NCBI GenBank assembly: GCA_963716255.1
Contig: OY970303.1
Location: forward strand, 4,096,001-4,160,000
Origin: an uncultured Gemmatimonadales bacterium
GTDB lineage: Bacteria; Gemmatimonadota; Gemmatimonadetes; Longimicrobiales; Longimicrobiaceae
DNA: 64,000 nt
Direction: 5' to 3'
Shown: piece by piece, positions 40,264-50,447 of the stretch
How the letters are laid out: each line of letters begins with the position of its first letter
Position numbering within the stretch: position 1 is the first letter of the stretch
Translations under genes and position numbers: made by a program
Notes under the pieces: generated by a model
Databases searched by the model: none
What the model was told of the DNA's origin: nothing
The model's input: only the letters and a program-made list of their open reading frames with translations

Positions 40264-41064
40264 ATGCCAACCACGAGGACCCGCAGACGCCTCGCGGGCG
40301 CGCTCGCGCTCCTCGCGCTGGCGGCCGGGTGCGGGCGCGCCGCCGACCGGGACGCGCGCGCCGAGCCCGTCGTCCTGACGATCTCCGCGGCCTCCTCCCT
40401 GCGCGAGGCCGTCACCGAGCTCGCCGCCAGGTACGAGGCCGCGCACCCCGGCACCACGGTGCGGGTGAACCTGGGCGCGTCCGGCGCGCTCCGGCAGCAG
40501 ATCGAGCGGGGCGCCCGCGTGGACGTGTTCGTCGCCGCCGCGCGCGGGCCCATGGACGCGCTGGCCGAGCGCGGCCTGGTGGACCCCGCCACCCGCGCCG
40601 ACCTCGCCGGCAACACCCTGGTGGTGGTGGTCCCCCGCGGCTCCCGCGCGGTGCGCGGCTTCCGCGACCTCGCGGCGCCGCGCGTGCGGCGCGTGGCGCT
40701 GGGCGCGCCCGGCTCCGTGCCCGCGGGCGAGTACGCCCTGGAGGCGCTGCGCAGCCAGGGGATCGCGGCCGCCGTGGAGGCAAAGGCCGTGTACGCGCAG
40801 AACGCGCGGCAGGTGCTCGCCTACGTGGAGTCCGGCAACGTGGACGCCGGGATCGTCTACGCCACCGACGCCGCCGCCTCGCCGCGCGTGGCCGTGGCCG
40901 CCGCCGCGCCGCCGGGGAGCCACCGCCCCATCGTCTACCCGCTCGCCGTGGTGCGCTCCGGCGGCCACCCGCGCGAGGCCCGCGCGCTCGCCGCGTACCT
41001 GCGCGGGCCCCAGGCGCGCGAGGTCCTCCGCCGCCGCGGCTTCCTCCCTCCCCCCGCGCCGTGA
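40264..41064 (+). CDS. modA: Molybdate ABC transporter substrate-binding protein
   Basis: ISAASSL, GASGALRQQIERGA, VPAGEYA and GIVYATDA motifs. Confidence 0.93.
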   Translation: MPTTRTRRRLAGALALLALAAGCGRAADRDARAEPVVLTISAASSLREAVTELAARYEAAHPGTTVRVNLGASGALRQQIERGARVDVFVAAARGPMDALAERGLVDPATRADLAGNTLVVVVPRGSRAVRGFRDLAAPRVRRVALGAPGSVPAGEYALEALRSQGIAAAVEAKAVYAQNARQVLAYVESGNVDAGIVYATDAAASPRVAVAAAAPPGSHRPIVYPLAVVRSGGHPREARALAAYLRGPQAREVLRRRGFLPPPAP

Positions 41065-41756
41065 CGCTCGACTGGCAGCCCATCCTCCTGTCGCTCCGCG
41101 TCGCCGCCGCCGCGCTCCTGCTGGTGGCCGTGGCCGGCACGCTCGCCGCGCGCGCCATGACCCGGCGCGACTTTCCCGGCAAGGACGTGCTGGACGGGCT
41201 GCTGGTGCTCCCCCTGGTGCTCCCGCCCGTGGTCACCGGCTTCCTGCTGCTGGTGCTCCTGGGGCGGGGCGGCCCCGTGGGCGGCTTCCTGGAGCGTGCA
41301 TTCGGCGCGCAGCTCGTCTTCACCGTGTACGCCGCCGTGCTCGCCGCCGCCGTGGTCTCCTTTCCGCTGATGTACGGCAGCGCAAAGGCCGCCTTCCAGG
41401 GCGTGGACCGCCGGCTGGAGGACGCCGCCCGCACCCTGGGTGCCGGGGAGGCGCGCGTCTTCCTGCGCGTCACCCTGCCGCTGGCGTGGCCCGGGCTGGT
41501 GGCGGGAATCACCCTGTCGTTCGCGCGGGCGCTGGGCGAGTTCGGGGCCACGGTGATGGTGGCCGGCAACATCCCGGGGGAGACCACCACGGTGCCGCTG
41601 GCCATCTTCTTCGCCGCCGACGCCGGGGCAATGCGCACCGCCGGCGCGTACTCGCTGCTGATCGCCGGGGCCAGCATGGTCATGGTGGTGGGGCTGAACG
41701 CCTGGACCCGCCGGCGGGCCCCCGGGTGGCGGCGCGGGGGCGGGCCGCGTGCTTGA
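41061..41756 (+). CDS. modB: Molybdate ABC transporter permease
   Basis: LPLVLPPVVTG and FARALGEFGATVMVAGNIPG motifs. Confidence 0.93.
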   Translation: MTLDWQPILLSLRVAAAALLLVAVAGTLAARAMTRRDFPGKDVLDGLLVLPLVLPPVVTGFLLLVLLGRGGPVGGFLERAFGAQLVFTVYAAVLAAAVVSFPLMYGSAKAAFQGVDRRLEDAARTLGAGEARVFLRVTLPLAWPGLVAGITLSFARALGEFGATVMVAGNIPGETTTVPLAIFFAADAGAMRTAGAYSLLIAGASMVMVVGLNAWTRRRAPGWRRGGGPRA

Positions 41757-42390
41757 AGTGCGGGCGACGCGGCGGCTCCCGGACTTCGTCCTGGACGTGG
41801 ACTTCGCCGTGCGCGACGAGATCCTGGTGCTCTTCGGCCCGTCCGGGGCGGGAAAGACCATGACGCTGCGCCTGGTCGCCGGCCTGGAGCGCCCCGACGC
41901 CGGCGAGATCGCGCTGGACGGGCGGACGCTCGTTTCGCGCGAGCGGCGCGTGTGGGTGCCCCCGCGGGAGCGGCGCTGCGGCTTCGTCTTCCAGGACCTG
42001 GCGCTCTTTCCGCACCTGGACGTGCGCGCCAACGTGCTCTTCGGCGTCCGCGCCGACGGCGAGGCCACGCGCGAGCGGCTGGAGCGGCTGCTGGAGCGGT
42101 TTCGTATCGGCCACCTGGCGCGGCGGTTCCCGGCCGAGCTGTCCGGGGGCGAGGCGCAGCGGGTGGCGCTCGCCCGGGCGCTCATGACCGACCCGGCCGT
42201 GCTGCTGCTGGACGAGCCCTTTTCCTCGCTGGACGCCGAGACGCGACGCGCCGTGCAGGACGAGGTGGTGGAGGCCCACGGCACCTGGCGCATTCCCTTC
42301 GTCTTCGTCACCCACGACCGCGAGGAGGCCGAGCGGCTGGGGGACCGGATGATCTTTCTGCGGCAGGGGCGGCTGGTGGAGAGCGGGTAG
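41749..42390 (+). CDS. modC: Molybdate ABC transporter ATP-binding protein
   Basis: GPSGAGKT, LSGGEAQR and LLLDEPF motifs; follows modAB. Confidence 0.88.
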   Translation: MLEVRATRRLPDFVLDVDFAVRDEILVLFGPSGAGKTMTLRLVAGLERPDAGEIALDGRTLVSRERRVWVPPRERRCGFVFQDLALFPHLDVRANVLFGVRADGEATRERLERLLERFRIGHLARRFPAELSGGEAQRVALARALMTDPAVLLLDEPFSSLDAETRRAVQDEVVEAHGTWRIPFVFVTHDREEAERLGDRMIFLRQGRLVESG

Positions 42391-42684
42391 GGCGGCGTTC
42401 TACGTGTGGGGCGGGACCGCTCCGGAGCCCGGCGGAAACTGCCCCGCCGGTCTCCTGCGCGGGTCGCGGAGCCAGCGGAAACGGCCCCGCTGTCTCCGCT
42501 CCGGCTGCGGGAGCCCCGCCAAACGGCCGGCGGGTCTCCCTCCGCAAAAGATTTGGGGGATACTGCGGGGTACTGCAACGGCAACTGAACACGCAACGGC
42601 AACGGCCCTCCGCCACGCATGGCCGAGGGCCGAGTCACACGCCGCCGCACCCGATCGGCCACGCCCGCATCCACGATCCGTCCC

Positions 42685-43494
42685 ATGCCCTCCAGTCGCC
42701 CGGTCCCCGGCTGCCGCATCGCCGTCGCGCTCCTCGCCGCCCTCTGCGTGGGCAGCGTCCTCGTGCTCGCGCTCGCCCGCCGCCAGGCGCGCTCCGCGGC
42801 CGATGCCACCCTGCCCAGCGCGGCTGCGGCGGCGCGGCGGGTGGTGCACCTGGGAGCCGCCTACGACGTGCGCGTGGTGGACGTGCGGCGCGCGGAGCTG
42901 CGCTTCTTCTGGCGGGACGGGAGGGGGCGACCCTTCGGCTCCATCGGCGCGCTCCGGGCGCACGTGGAGCGCGGCGGGCGCACGCTGCTCTTCGCCACCA
43001 ACGCGGGGATGTACCGCCCGGACCAGACGCCGGTGGGGCTGTACGTGGAGGACGGCAGGGAGCTCGTTCCCCTGGACGCGCGCCGGGGGCTGCCGGGCAA
43101 CTTCTACCTCCCGGACAACGGCGTCTTCTTTCTCGGCGAGGGCGGGGCCGGCATCGTGGAGTCGTCCGCCTATCCGCCGCGCGGCGCCGTCCGCTACGCC
43201 ACCCAGTCCGGGCCGCTCCTGGTCCGCGGCGGCAGCCTCAACCCGCTGTTCGAGCCCGGCTCGCCGAACCTGCGCATCCGCAGCGGCGTCGGCATCGTCA
43301 CGGCGGACAGCGTCGTGTTCGCCATCTCGCGCGAGCCGGTCTCCTTCCACGCCTTCGCGACGCTCTTCCGCGACGTCCTCGGCTGCCGCGACGCCCTCTT
43401 CCTGGACGGGGAGATCTCGCTCATGTACCTCCCCGAGCTGTCCCGCCGCGACGCCGGCGGCACCTTCGGCGCCATGATCGCCCTCACCGACTGA
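42685..43494 (+). CDS. Phosphodiester glycosidase family protein (YigE-like)
   Basis: FATNAGMY...PVGLYVEDG...GNFYL.DNGVF...TQSGPLL...ALFLDG. Confidence 0.8.
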   Translation: MPSSRPVPGCRIAVALLAALCVGSVLVLALARRQARSAADATLPSAAAAARRVVHLGAAYDVRVVDVRRAELRFFWRDGRGRPFGSIGALRAHVERGGRTLLFATNAGMYRPDQTPVGLYVEDGRELVPLDARRGLPGNFYLPDNGVFFLGEGGAGIVESSAYPPRGAVRYATQSGPLLVRGGSLNPLFEPGSPNLRIRSGVGIVTADSVVFAISREPVSFHAFATLFRDVLGCRDALFLDGEISLMYLPELSRRDAGGTFGAMIALTD

Positions 43495-43534
43495 CCCGCC
43501 GATCCACTCCCGCACCTTCGCACTTCCCCGCTCC

Positions 43535-44431
43535 TCACCCCAGCACCGTCAGCCTCCCCGGCAGGATCTCCACGTCCAGCGTGTGCGCGTCCTCCGCCAG
43601 GATCTCGCCGTCGGCGTGCACGGGGAGCGGGTCCGGGCTGGTGACGCGCAGGCGCCGCCCGCGCAGCATGCGCACCCCCGGGCGCCCCACGTGCGTGCCG
43701 CGCATCACGCGCGGGAGCAGGTCCAGGATCCCCAGGGCGCCCATACCGTCCGCCACGGCCACGTCCAGCTCGCCGTCGTCGATGCGCGCCCCCGGGCAGA
43801 TCCAGAACCCGCCCCCGTGGCACCCCCCGTTCGCCGCGGTCACCAGCGTCAGCGGGCCGTCCGCCACCACCGCGCCGTCCAGCTCCACGCGCATGCGCGG
43901 CGGCCGGAAGCCGGGGAGCACCCGCGCCAGCGCCCACAGGTAGATGGCGAGCCCCCGCAGCCGCCGCACCTTCGCGGCCTCGATCCCCACCCGCGCGTCC
44001 AGCCCGATCCCCACCCCGTTGGTGAAGAAGCGGTCTCCCACGCGGCCCGCGTCCACCCGGCGCGGCTCCGCCGCGAGCAGCCTGCGCGTGGCCGCAGCCG
44101 CGTCCGCGGGCGCCCCCACCAGCTTGGCGAAGTCGTTGCCGCTCCCCACCGGCACGATCCCCAGAGGGAGGGTCGCCCCGCCGCCCGCCTGGCGCAGCAG
44201 CCCGTTCGCCACCTCGTGCACCGTGCCGTCCCCGCCCGCCGCCACCACCGCCGTCCACCCCCCCTCCGCCGCCCGCCGCGCCAGCTCCACACCGTGTCCC
44301 GGCGCCTGTGTCTCCACGACCTCGTACCGCGCCCCCGCGCCGTCCAGCACCGAGCGGATCGCCCGCGCCGCGCTGGCCGCGGAGCCGCGGCCCGCGGCGG
44401 GGTTGAGGATGACCAGGTAGCGGGATTCCAC
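43535..44431 (-). CDS. Diacylglycerol/lipid kinase family protein
   Basis: ILNPAAG, AGGDGTVHEVANG, GSGNDF and HADGE motifs. Confidence 0.92.
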   Translation of the reverse strand: MESRYLVILNPAAGRGSAASAARAIRSVLDGAGARYEVVETQAPGHGVELARRAAEGGWTAVVAAGGDGTVHEVANGLLRQAGGGATLPLGIVPVGSGNDFAKLVGAPADAAAATRRLLAAEPRRVDAGRVGDRFFTNGVGIGLDARVGIEAAKVRRLRGLAIYLWALARVLPGFRPPRMRVELDGAVVADGPLTLVTAANGGCHGGGFWICPGARIDDGELDVAVADGMGALGILDLLPRVMRGTHVGRPGVRMLRGRRLRVTSPDPLPVHADGEILAEDAHTLDVEILPGRLTVLG

Positions 44432-44580
44432 GGTCGGGGGAGTGAGGCGTGGCAGGGCGGGATGAGCTTGCGGACGGCCGGATACTAGCGCGCGCCGGAG
44501 CCCGGGACAACGGCGCGACTCGCCGCGAGGGCAGAGGGGGAGCACGACAAGGAGAAAGCGAGGACCGCAGCGTGGAGATG

Positions 44581-44633
44581 CCCCTCCCCCGGAACGGGGG
44601 AGGGTGGCGGCTCTCAGGCCGCCGGGTGGGGGC
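44581..44633. repeat. Satellite module C
   Basis: CCCCTCCCCCGGAACGGGGGAGGGTGGCGGCTCTCAGGCCGCCGGGTGGGGG. Confidence 0.82.
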
Positions 44634-44658
44634 CAAAGCGGTCGCCAGCGCGATGCCC

Positions 44659-44792
44659 GCGTGAGGGATGCGAGCGCGAAGCGGCGAGACCCGCCGGGCA
44701 GTTTCGGTGGGTCTCGCCTCCGTTACGCACGGTCGTATCGTGCGTTACGGAGCCGCAGCCCGACCCGGCGCCAGCCGGGGCACGCCCGAACC
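44659..44792 (+). repeat. Structured intergenic element, copy 8
   Basis: Consensus variant sharing the TGCG/CGCA stem and CGC-GAA-GCG hairpin with copy 1. Confidence 0.93.
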
Positions 44793-44820
44793 CGCCCTTC
44801 AAGGCCGTCCAGCCACGACG

Positions 44821-44855
44821 AAAAAGAGCCGGGACCCTCGCGGATCCCGGCTCTC
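44821..44855 (-). terminator. Rho-independent terminator of the subtilase gene
   Basis: On the minus strand GAGCCGGGA..TCCCGGCTC is followed by TTTTT. Confidence 0.75.
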
Positions 44856-44884
44856 CCGAAGCCAGCCTTCCCGCCGCGCCGAGC

Positions 44885-46006
44885 TTACCGGTGGATGATG
44901 GGATCCGGCACGCCATCGGGGTCGGAGCACGCCAGCCCATTCGCGCTCGGAGTGCCGAGCAGGAGCACTCCGGCCGCGTGCGGGGCGGCCATGGAGGTGC
45001 CGCTCATGGTCGTGGTGCCGCCGCCGCTGCGGGTGGAAAGGATTCCGTTGCCCGGGGCCGCCCAGTCCACCCCCAGCCCGAAGTTGGACCACGAGGTGAG
45101 GCAGTCGTTGGTGGCGATCGCCGAGATGGTGAAGACGTTGGGCGCGTTCACCCGGGCCGGCGTCTCGTTGTTGGCGTTCTGCCCGCTGTTGCCCGCGGCG
45201 ATGACGAACCGGATGCCCCGCGCCGCCGCGCTGACGACCGCCGCCTCCAGGGTGGCGTTGGAGCCGAAGGCGCCCACGCTCATGTTGGCCACGTCGCCGC
45301 TGGCGCCGTTCGCAGCCACGTAGTTGACGCCGTTGGTGACTCCCTCCAGCGAGCCGCTGCCGGAGTTGCCCAGCACGCGCACCGAGCAGACGAAAGCGTT
45401 GGCCGCCACGCCGACCACGTCCTGGCCGTTGTTCTTGGCGGCGATGGTGCCCGCCACGTGCGTGCCGTGCCCGTTGCCGTCGCTGGCGTTCTTCCCGATG
45501 AAGTAGGTGTGGCAGTTGCGGCTGGTGTTCAGGTCCGCGTGCTTCATGTCGATGCCGGAATCGATGATCCAGGCGGTCTTGCCGGTGCCGTCGCCGGCGC
45601 CGCCCACGCGGGTGATCCCCCAGGGGATGGTCTGCGGGCCGCTGCCGCCGCCGCCCGGGCGGGCGCTGATCTGCACCGGGGGCAGGCTGAGGACCATGTC
45701 CTGCTCCACGATGGCGACGCGCGGGTCGTTGCGCAGCGCCTCGGCCACCGCGGGCGGAAGCGCCGCCGAGAAGCCGGGGGCCGCGTACTTGCGCAGGAAG
45801 CGCGCGGCGAAGCCGCGCCCGCGCGCCATCTCCGCGACCGTGCTTTCCACGTCCACGCCTTCCTTGAACGTCACCAGGTAGATGGGCGCGTCCTCGGAGC
45901 GGGCCGCGGCGGGAACTGCGCTCCCGGGCGCCAGGGTGGGGGCCTCTTCGCAGGCGGCGAGGGCGAAGGCGGTGACGAGAGCGGCGAGGGGGATGGTGCG
46001 GCGCAT
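44885..46006 (-). CDS. S8 family (subtilisin-like) serine peptidase, lipoprotein
   Basis: IIDSG, HGTHVAG and GTSMAAPH catalytic triad motifs; LAAC lipobox. Confidence 0.95.
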   Translation of the reverse strand: MRRTIPLAALVTAFALAACEEAPTLAPGSAVPAAARSEDAPIYLVTFKEGVDVESTVAEMARGRGFAARFLRKYAAPGFSAALPPAVAEALRNDPRVAIVEQDMVLSLPPVQISARPGGGGSGPQTIPWGITRVGGAGDGTGKTAWIIDSGIDMKHADLNTSRNCHTYFIGKNASDGNGHGTHVAGTIAAKNNGQDVVGVAANAFVCSVRVLGNSGSGSLEGVTNGVNYVAANGASGDVANMSVGAFGSNATLEAAVVSAAARGIRFVIAAGNSGQNANNETPARVNAPNVFTISAIATNDCLTSWSNFGLGVDWAAPGNGILSTRSGGGTTTMSGTSMAAPHAAGVLLLGTPSANGLACSDPDGVPDPIIHR

Positions 46007-46285
46007 GTGCAGCCTCCTGGGTCGGTCGGGCGCCCGCGTCTCTTCACCCGTGGTGGAAAGAGAGCGTGGACGTTCCCGTACGGGGGTCCGCCGGGCGTTG
46101 TCGATCGGCGGAAAAGCCCGTCGCAGCAACATCGGGTCCCCCGCGTGCCAGAACTGCCTAACGCGCTGCTGCAAAACGACCTGCTCGTTTCCGGCAGGAC
46201 GTGGTGTTTACCGCCTGGTGCATCAGAATGGTGCAAATCGGCGGACGGATGACACGTCCTGGTGCAGGCGGGGGGTGGAGACAGG

Positions 46286-46316
46286 AAAGCCGGGGCTCCC
46301 CGTGGGGGAGCCCCGG
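46286..46316 (-). terminator. Terminator-like hairpin
   Basis: GCCGGGGCTCCCC..GGGGAGCCCCGGC followed by TTT on the minus strand. Confidence 0.65.
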
Positions 46317-46340
46317 CCGTACCTCGACTGCCCTGCGCGC

Positions 46341-47465
46341 TTACCGGTGGATGATGGGATCCGGCACGGCGTCGCGGTCGGAGCAGGCGGTCCCGTCGGC
46401 ATGGGCGGCGCCGAGGAGGAGCACGCCGGCCGCGTGCGGGGCGGCCATGGAGGTGCCGCTCATGGTGGTGGTGCCGCCGCCCTTGGCGGTGGAAAGGATG
46501 CTGTTGCCCGGGGCCGCCCAGTCCACGCCCAGCCCGAAGTTGGACCAGGAGGTCAGGCAGTTGTTGGTCGCGATGGCCGAGATGGTGAAGACGTTGGGCG
46601 CGTTCACCCGGGCCGGGGTCTCCAGGCTGGCGTCGATGCCGGCGTTGCCGGCCGCGATCGTGAACTTGATGCCCTTCGCGGCCGCGTTGATGACCGCCGC
46701 CTCCAGGGTGGCGTTGGAGCCGGAGGCGCCCACGCTCATGTTGGCCACGTCGCCGCTGGCGCCGTTTGCAGCCACGTAGTTGACGCCGTTGGTCACGCCC
46801 TCGAGCGAGCCGCTGCCGCTGTTGCCCAGCACGCGCACCGAGCAGACGTAGGCGTTGGCCGCCACGCCCACCACGCCGCTGGTGTTGTTCTTGGCGGCGA
46901 TGGTGCCGGCGACGTGCGTGCCGTGGCCGTTGCCGTCGCTGGGGCTGGTCCCGGCGAAGTACGTGTGGCAGTTGCGGCTGGTGTTCAGGTCCGGGTGCGT
47001 CAGGTCGATGCCGGAGTCGATGACCCACGCCGTCTTGCCGGTGCCGTCCCCGGCGCCGCCCACGCGGGTGATCCCCCAGGGGATGGTCTGCGTGGCGCTG
47101 CCGCCGCCGCCGCCCGGACGGGCGTTGATCTCGACGGGCGGGAGGCTGAGGATCTTGTCCTGCTCCACGATGGCCACGCGCGGGTCGTTGCGGATGCCCT
47201 CGATCTTGGACTCCGGGATCACCGCCGAGAAGCCGGGGGCGGCGTGCTTGCGGAGGAAGCGGACGGCGAAGCCACGCCCGTGGGCCATCTCGGCCGCGGT
47301 GCTCTCCACGTCCACGCCGGGCTTGAACGTCACCAGGTAGATGGGCGCGTTCTCGGAGCGCGCGGCCGTGGGGGCGGCGGTCTCGGGAGCCAGCGTGGGA
47401 GCCTGCTCGCAGGCGACGACGCCCAGCGTGGCGGCCAGGACGGCCAGGGGGAGCTTGCGGCGCAT
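46341..47465 (-). CDS. S8 family serine peptidase, tandem paralog
   Basis: VIDSG, HGTHVAG and GTSMAAPH motifs; highly similar to 44885-46006. Confidence 0.95.
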   Translation of the reverse strand: MRRKLPLAVLAATLGVVACEQAPTLAPETAAPTAARSENAPIYLVTFKPGVDVESTAAEMAHGRGFAVRFLRKHAAPGFSAVIPESKIEGIRNDPRVAIVEQDKILSLPPVEINARPGGGGGSATQTIPWGITRVGGAGDGTGKTAWVIDSGIDLTHPDLNTSRNCHTYFAGTSPSDGNGHGTHVAGTIAAKNNTSGVVGVAANAYVCSVRVLGNSGSGSLEGVTNGVNYVAANGASGDVANMSVGASGSNATLEAAVINAAAKGIKFTIAAGNAGIDASLETPARVNAPNVFTISAIATNNCLTSWSNFGLGVDWAAPGNSILSTAKGGGTTTMSGTSMAAPHAAGVLLLGAAHADGTACSDRDAVPDPIIHR

Positions 47466-47696
47466 CTTCTTCCTCCTCGAGGAGTGGTGTCTGCCCTCCA
47501 GCTCGGAGGGCGGTGCGGAGCGGGCTCGAGCACGGCTCGGCATTCCGTCCGTCTGCCCCCTCCCAGGGCAACAACGGTTCCGCGTGGCACCAAATGTTTA
47601 AGTGATTTTGCCGCATTGCATTGGCTCATGAATGGAGCCGGGCTGGCTCGATCCGTGTGCACCATTCCGGTGCTGTGGTGCACCCCCCGGTCCAGG

Positions 47697-50447
47697 ATGG
47701 AGCACCGTCCCGGTGCGCCGAGCCTCCTTGCGGGAACTCCGCCCGCAGGCGAGCGTAGACGGAGCGTCCGTCCGCCCGCACCCGTTTCGGCGGGACCGCG
47801 GGATCCTTTTCGCGACCGGCCTCCCCCAGATGATCGTCCCCCGCCAGACGGAAGCGCGCCGGCCTTGAGCGCCGCGGCCGACGACCTGTCCGCCGGCCTC
47901 CCCGGAGCGGAGCGGCGCTGGCGGTGGGTGTCCCCCGCGCTGGGCGCCGCGCTCTTCGTGGCCGCGGTGTGGGTGCTGCACCGCGAGCTGCGCCAGGTCC
48001 GCTACCGCGAGGTGACGGAGGCGGTGGGCGCGCTCCCCCCGGCGCGCCTGCTGCTGGCCTTCGTCCTCACCTTCGCAAACTACGCCGTCCTCACCGGCTT
48101 CGACCTGCTGGCCTTCGAGTACGTGGGGAAGCGGATCGCGGGGTGGAAGGTGGCGCTCGCCTCGTACACGGGGTACGCCGTCAGCAACAGCGTGGGGTTC
48201 GCGCTGATCTCCGGGACCTCGGTGCGCTACCGCTTCTACACGCGCTGGGGGCTGACGCCGGGCGAGCTGTCGCAGGTGGTGGTGTTCTACTTCGGCACCT
48301 TCTGGCTGGGGCTGCTGGTGCTGGGCGGGGTCAGCCTGGCCTTCGATCCGCACCCGCTGCTCCTGCGGCAGATGGGCGGCGGGGTACGCGTGCTGGGCGG
48401 CGTGCTCCTGCTGGCCGGCGCGGCGTACGCGGCCGCGGCGCTGCTGCGGCGCGGGCCGCTGCGGGTGTGGCGCCTGGAGCTTCCCCTGCCGCCGCCGCGG
48501 CTGGTGGCCGGGCAGTTCCTGCTTTCCACGCTGGACTGGGCGCTGGCGGCGGGGGTCTTCTACGCCCTCCTCCCGGCCACGCCGCTCACCTTCGCGGAGG
48601 TGCTGAGCGCTTTCCTGGCCGCGCAGATCCTGGGGCTCCTGAGCCACGTTCCCGGGGGGCTGGGGGTGTTCGAGGGGACCATGGTGCTGCTGCTGCGCAG
48701 CTACCTCCCCACCGAGCAGGTGTTCTCCACCCTGGTCCTGTACCGCATCGTCTACTACCTGATCCCGCTGGCCGTGGCGCTGGCCATCCTGGTGGCGGAC
48801 GAGGCGCGGCAGCGGCGCCGCCACCTGGCGCGGCTGGGGGGCGCGTTCGGCGCGCTGACGCGGCAGCTCGCCCCAAAGGTGCTCGCCGTGTTCACCTTCA
48901 TGGCCGGCGCGCTCCTCCTCTTCTCGGGCGCGACGCCGGCCTCGCGCTGGCGGGTGGACTGGCTCCACGAGTTCCTCCCGCTGGCCGTTTCCGAGGCCTC
49001 GCACTTCGTGGCGAGCGTGGTGGGGGTGGGGCTGCTGGTGGCGTCCAACGGCATCGCCCGGCGGCTGGACGGCGCCTACTACTTCGCCGTGCTGGGGCTG
49101 GTGGTGGGGATCGTGACCTCGCTGCTCAAGGGCGCCGACTACGAGGAAGCGCTCCTCCTCTCGCTCGTGCTGGCGGCGCTCGTCCCCAGCCGCGCGGAGT
49201 TCGACCGCAAGGCGGCGTTCTGGTCGGCGCGCTTCCGCCCCGAGTGGATCGCGGCGGTGCTGGCGGTGATCGGCGCGTCCATCTGGCTGGGCTTCTTCGC
49301 CTTCAAGCACGTGGAGTACAGCAGCGAGCTGTGGTGGGAGTTCGCCGTGAACCGCAGCGCGCCGCGCTTCCTGCGCGCTTCGGTGGGCGCCACCATGGCG
49401 ATCCTGGCCTTCGGGGTGCTGCGCCTGCTCCGCCCCGCCCCCGCGGACGTGACGCTCCCCACGGCGGAGGAAATGGCAGCCGCGGAGCGGATAATCAGCG
49501 AGCAGCCCTCCACCGTACCCTACCTGGCGTACCTGCGCGACAAGACGCTGCTGTTCAGCGAGGCGCGCGACGCCTTCCTGATGTACGGCGTGCAGGGAAA
49601 GAGCTGGGTGGCGATGGGCGACCCGGTGGGGGCCCCGGCCTCGGCGCCGGAGGTCGTCCGCGCCTTCCTGGAGCGCTGCGACGACTTCGGCGGGGACCCG
49701 GTGTTCTACCAGGTCACCCGGGACCGCCTGCACCTGTACGCGGACTTCGGCCTCACCTTCGCCAAGCTGGGCGAGGACGCCTTCGTCCCGCTGCGCTCGT
49801 TCTCGCTGGACGGCGCCGCGAACAAGCCCTTCCGGCTGGTGCTGAACCGCTTCGCCCGGAGCGGGGCGGAGTTCCGCATCGTCCCCGCGGAGGAGGTGCC
49901 GGCGCTGCTCCCGGAGCTGCGCGACGTGTCGGACGAGTGGCTGCGGAACAAGGACGCCTCGGAGAAGGGGTTCTCGCTGGGCTTCTTCGACCCCGGCTCG
50001 CTGGAGCGCTTCCCGGTGGCGACCGTGGTGGAGGAGGGGCGGATCAGCGCGTTCGCCTCGGTGTGGCCCGGGCCGGGGGGCGAGGAGCTGTCGGTGGACC
50101 TGATGCGCTACCGCGCCTCCGCGCAGAAGAACGTCATGGAGGCCATCTTCCTCCAGCTGATGCTGTGGGGGAGGGAGCAGGGGTACGCCCGCTTCAACCT
50201 GGGGATGGCGCCGCTCTCGGGGCTGGAGATCTCGGCGGTGGCGCCCGCGTGGACGCGGCTGGGCCACTTCCTGTACCAGCAGGGGGAGCCGTTCTACAAC
50301 TTCCAGGGGCTGCGCGCCTACAAGGAGAAGTTCCACCCGGAGTGGGAGCCGCGCTACCTGGCCTACCCCGGCGGCCTCGCCCTGGCGCGCATCCTCGCGG
50401 ACGTGTCGGCTCTGGTGGCGGGCGGGTACCGGAGGATCTTCCGGTGA
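47697..50447 (+). CDS. mprF: Bifunctional lysyl-phosphatidylglycerol flippase/synthetase
   Basis: Multi-TM N-terminus (VPGGLGVFEG); C-terminal EKGFSLG, SVDLMRY, LGMAPLSG, FYNFQGLRAYKEKF; start uncertain. Confidence 0.92.
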   Translation: MEHRPGAPSLLAGTPPAGERRRSVRPPAPVSAGPRDPFRDRPPPDDRPPPDGSAPALSAAADDLSAGLPGAERRWRWVSPALGAALFVAAVWVLHRELRQVRYREVTEAVGALPPARLLLAFVLTFANYAVLTGFDLLAFEYVGKRIAGWKVALASYTGYAVSNSVGFALISGTSVRYRFYTRWGLTPGELSQVVVFYFGTFWLGLLVLGGVSLAFDPHPLLLRQMGGGVRVLGGVLLLAGAAYAAAALLRRGPLRVWRLELPLPPPRLVAGQFLLSTLDWALAAGVFYALLPATPLTFAEVLSAFLAAQILGLLSHVPGGLGVFEGTMVLLLRSYLPTEQVFSTLVLYRIVYYLIPLAVALAILVADEARQRRRHLARLGGAFGALTRQLAPKVLAVFTFMAGALLLFSGATPASRWRVDWLHEFLPLAVSEASHFVASVVGVGLLVASNGIARRLDGAYYFAVLGLVVGIVTSLLKGADYEEALLLSLVLAALVPSRAEFDRKAAFWSARFRPEWIAAVLAVIGASIWLGFFAFKHVEYSSELWWEFAVNRSAPRFLRASVGATMAILAFGVLRLLRPAPADVTLPTAEEMAAAERIISEQPSTVPYLAYLRDKTLLFSEARDAFLMYGVQGKSWVAMGDPVGAPASAPEVVRAFLERCDDFGGDPVFYQVTRDRLHLYADFGLTFAKLGEDAFVPLRSFSLDGAANKPFRLVLNRFARSGAEFRIVPAEEVPALLPELRDVSDEWLRNKDASEKGFSLGFFDPGSLERFPVATVVEEGRISAFASVWPGPGGEELSVDLMRYRASAQKNVMEAIFLQLMLWGREQGYARFNLGMAPLSGLEISAVAPAWTRLGHFLYQQGEPFYNFQGLRAYKEKFHPEWEPRYLAYPGGLALARILADVSALVAGGYRRIFR

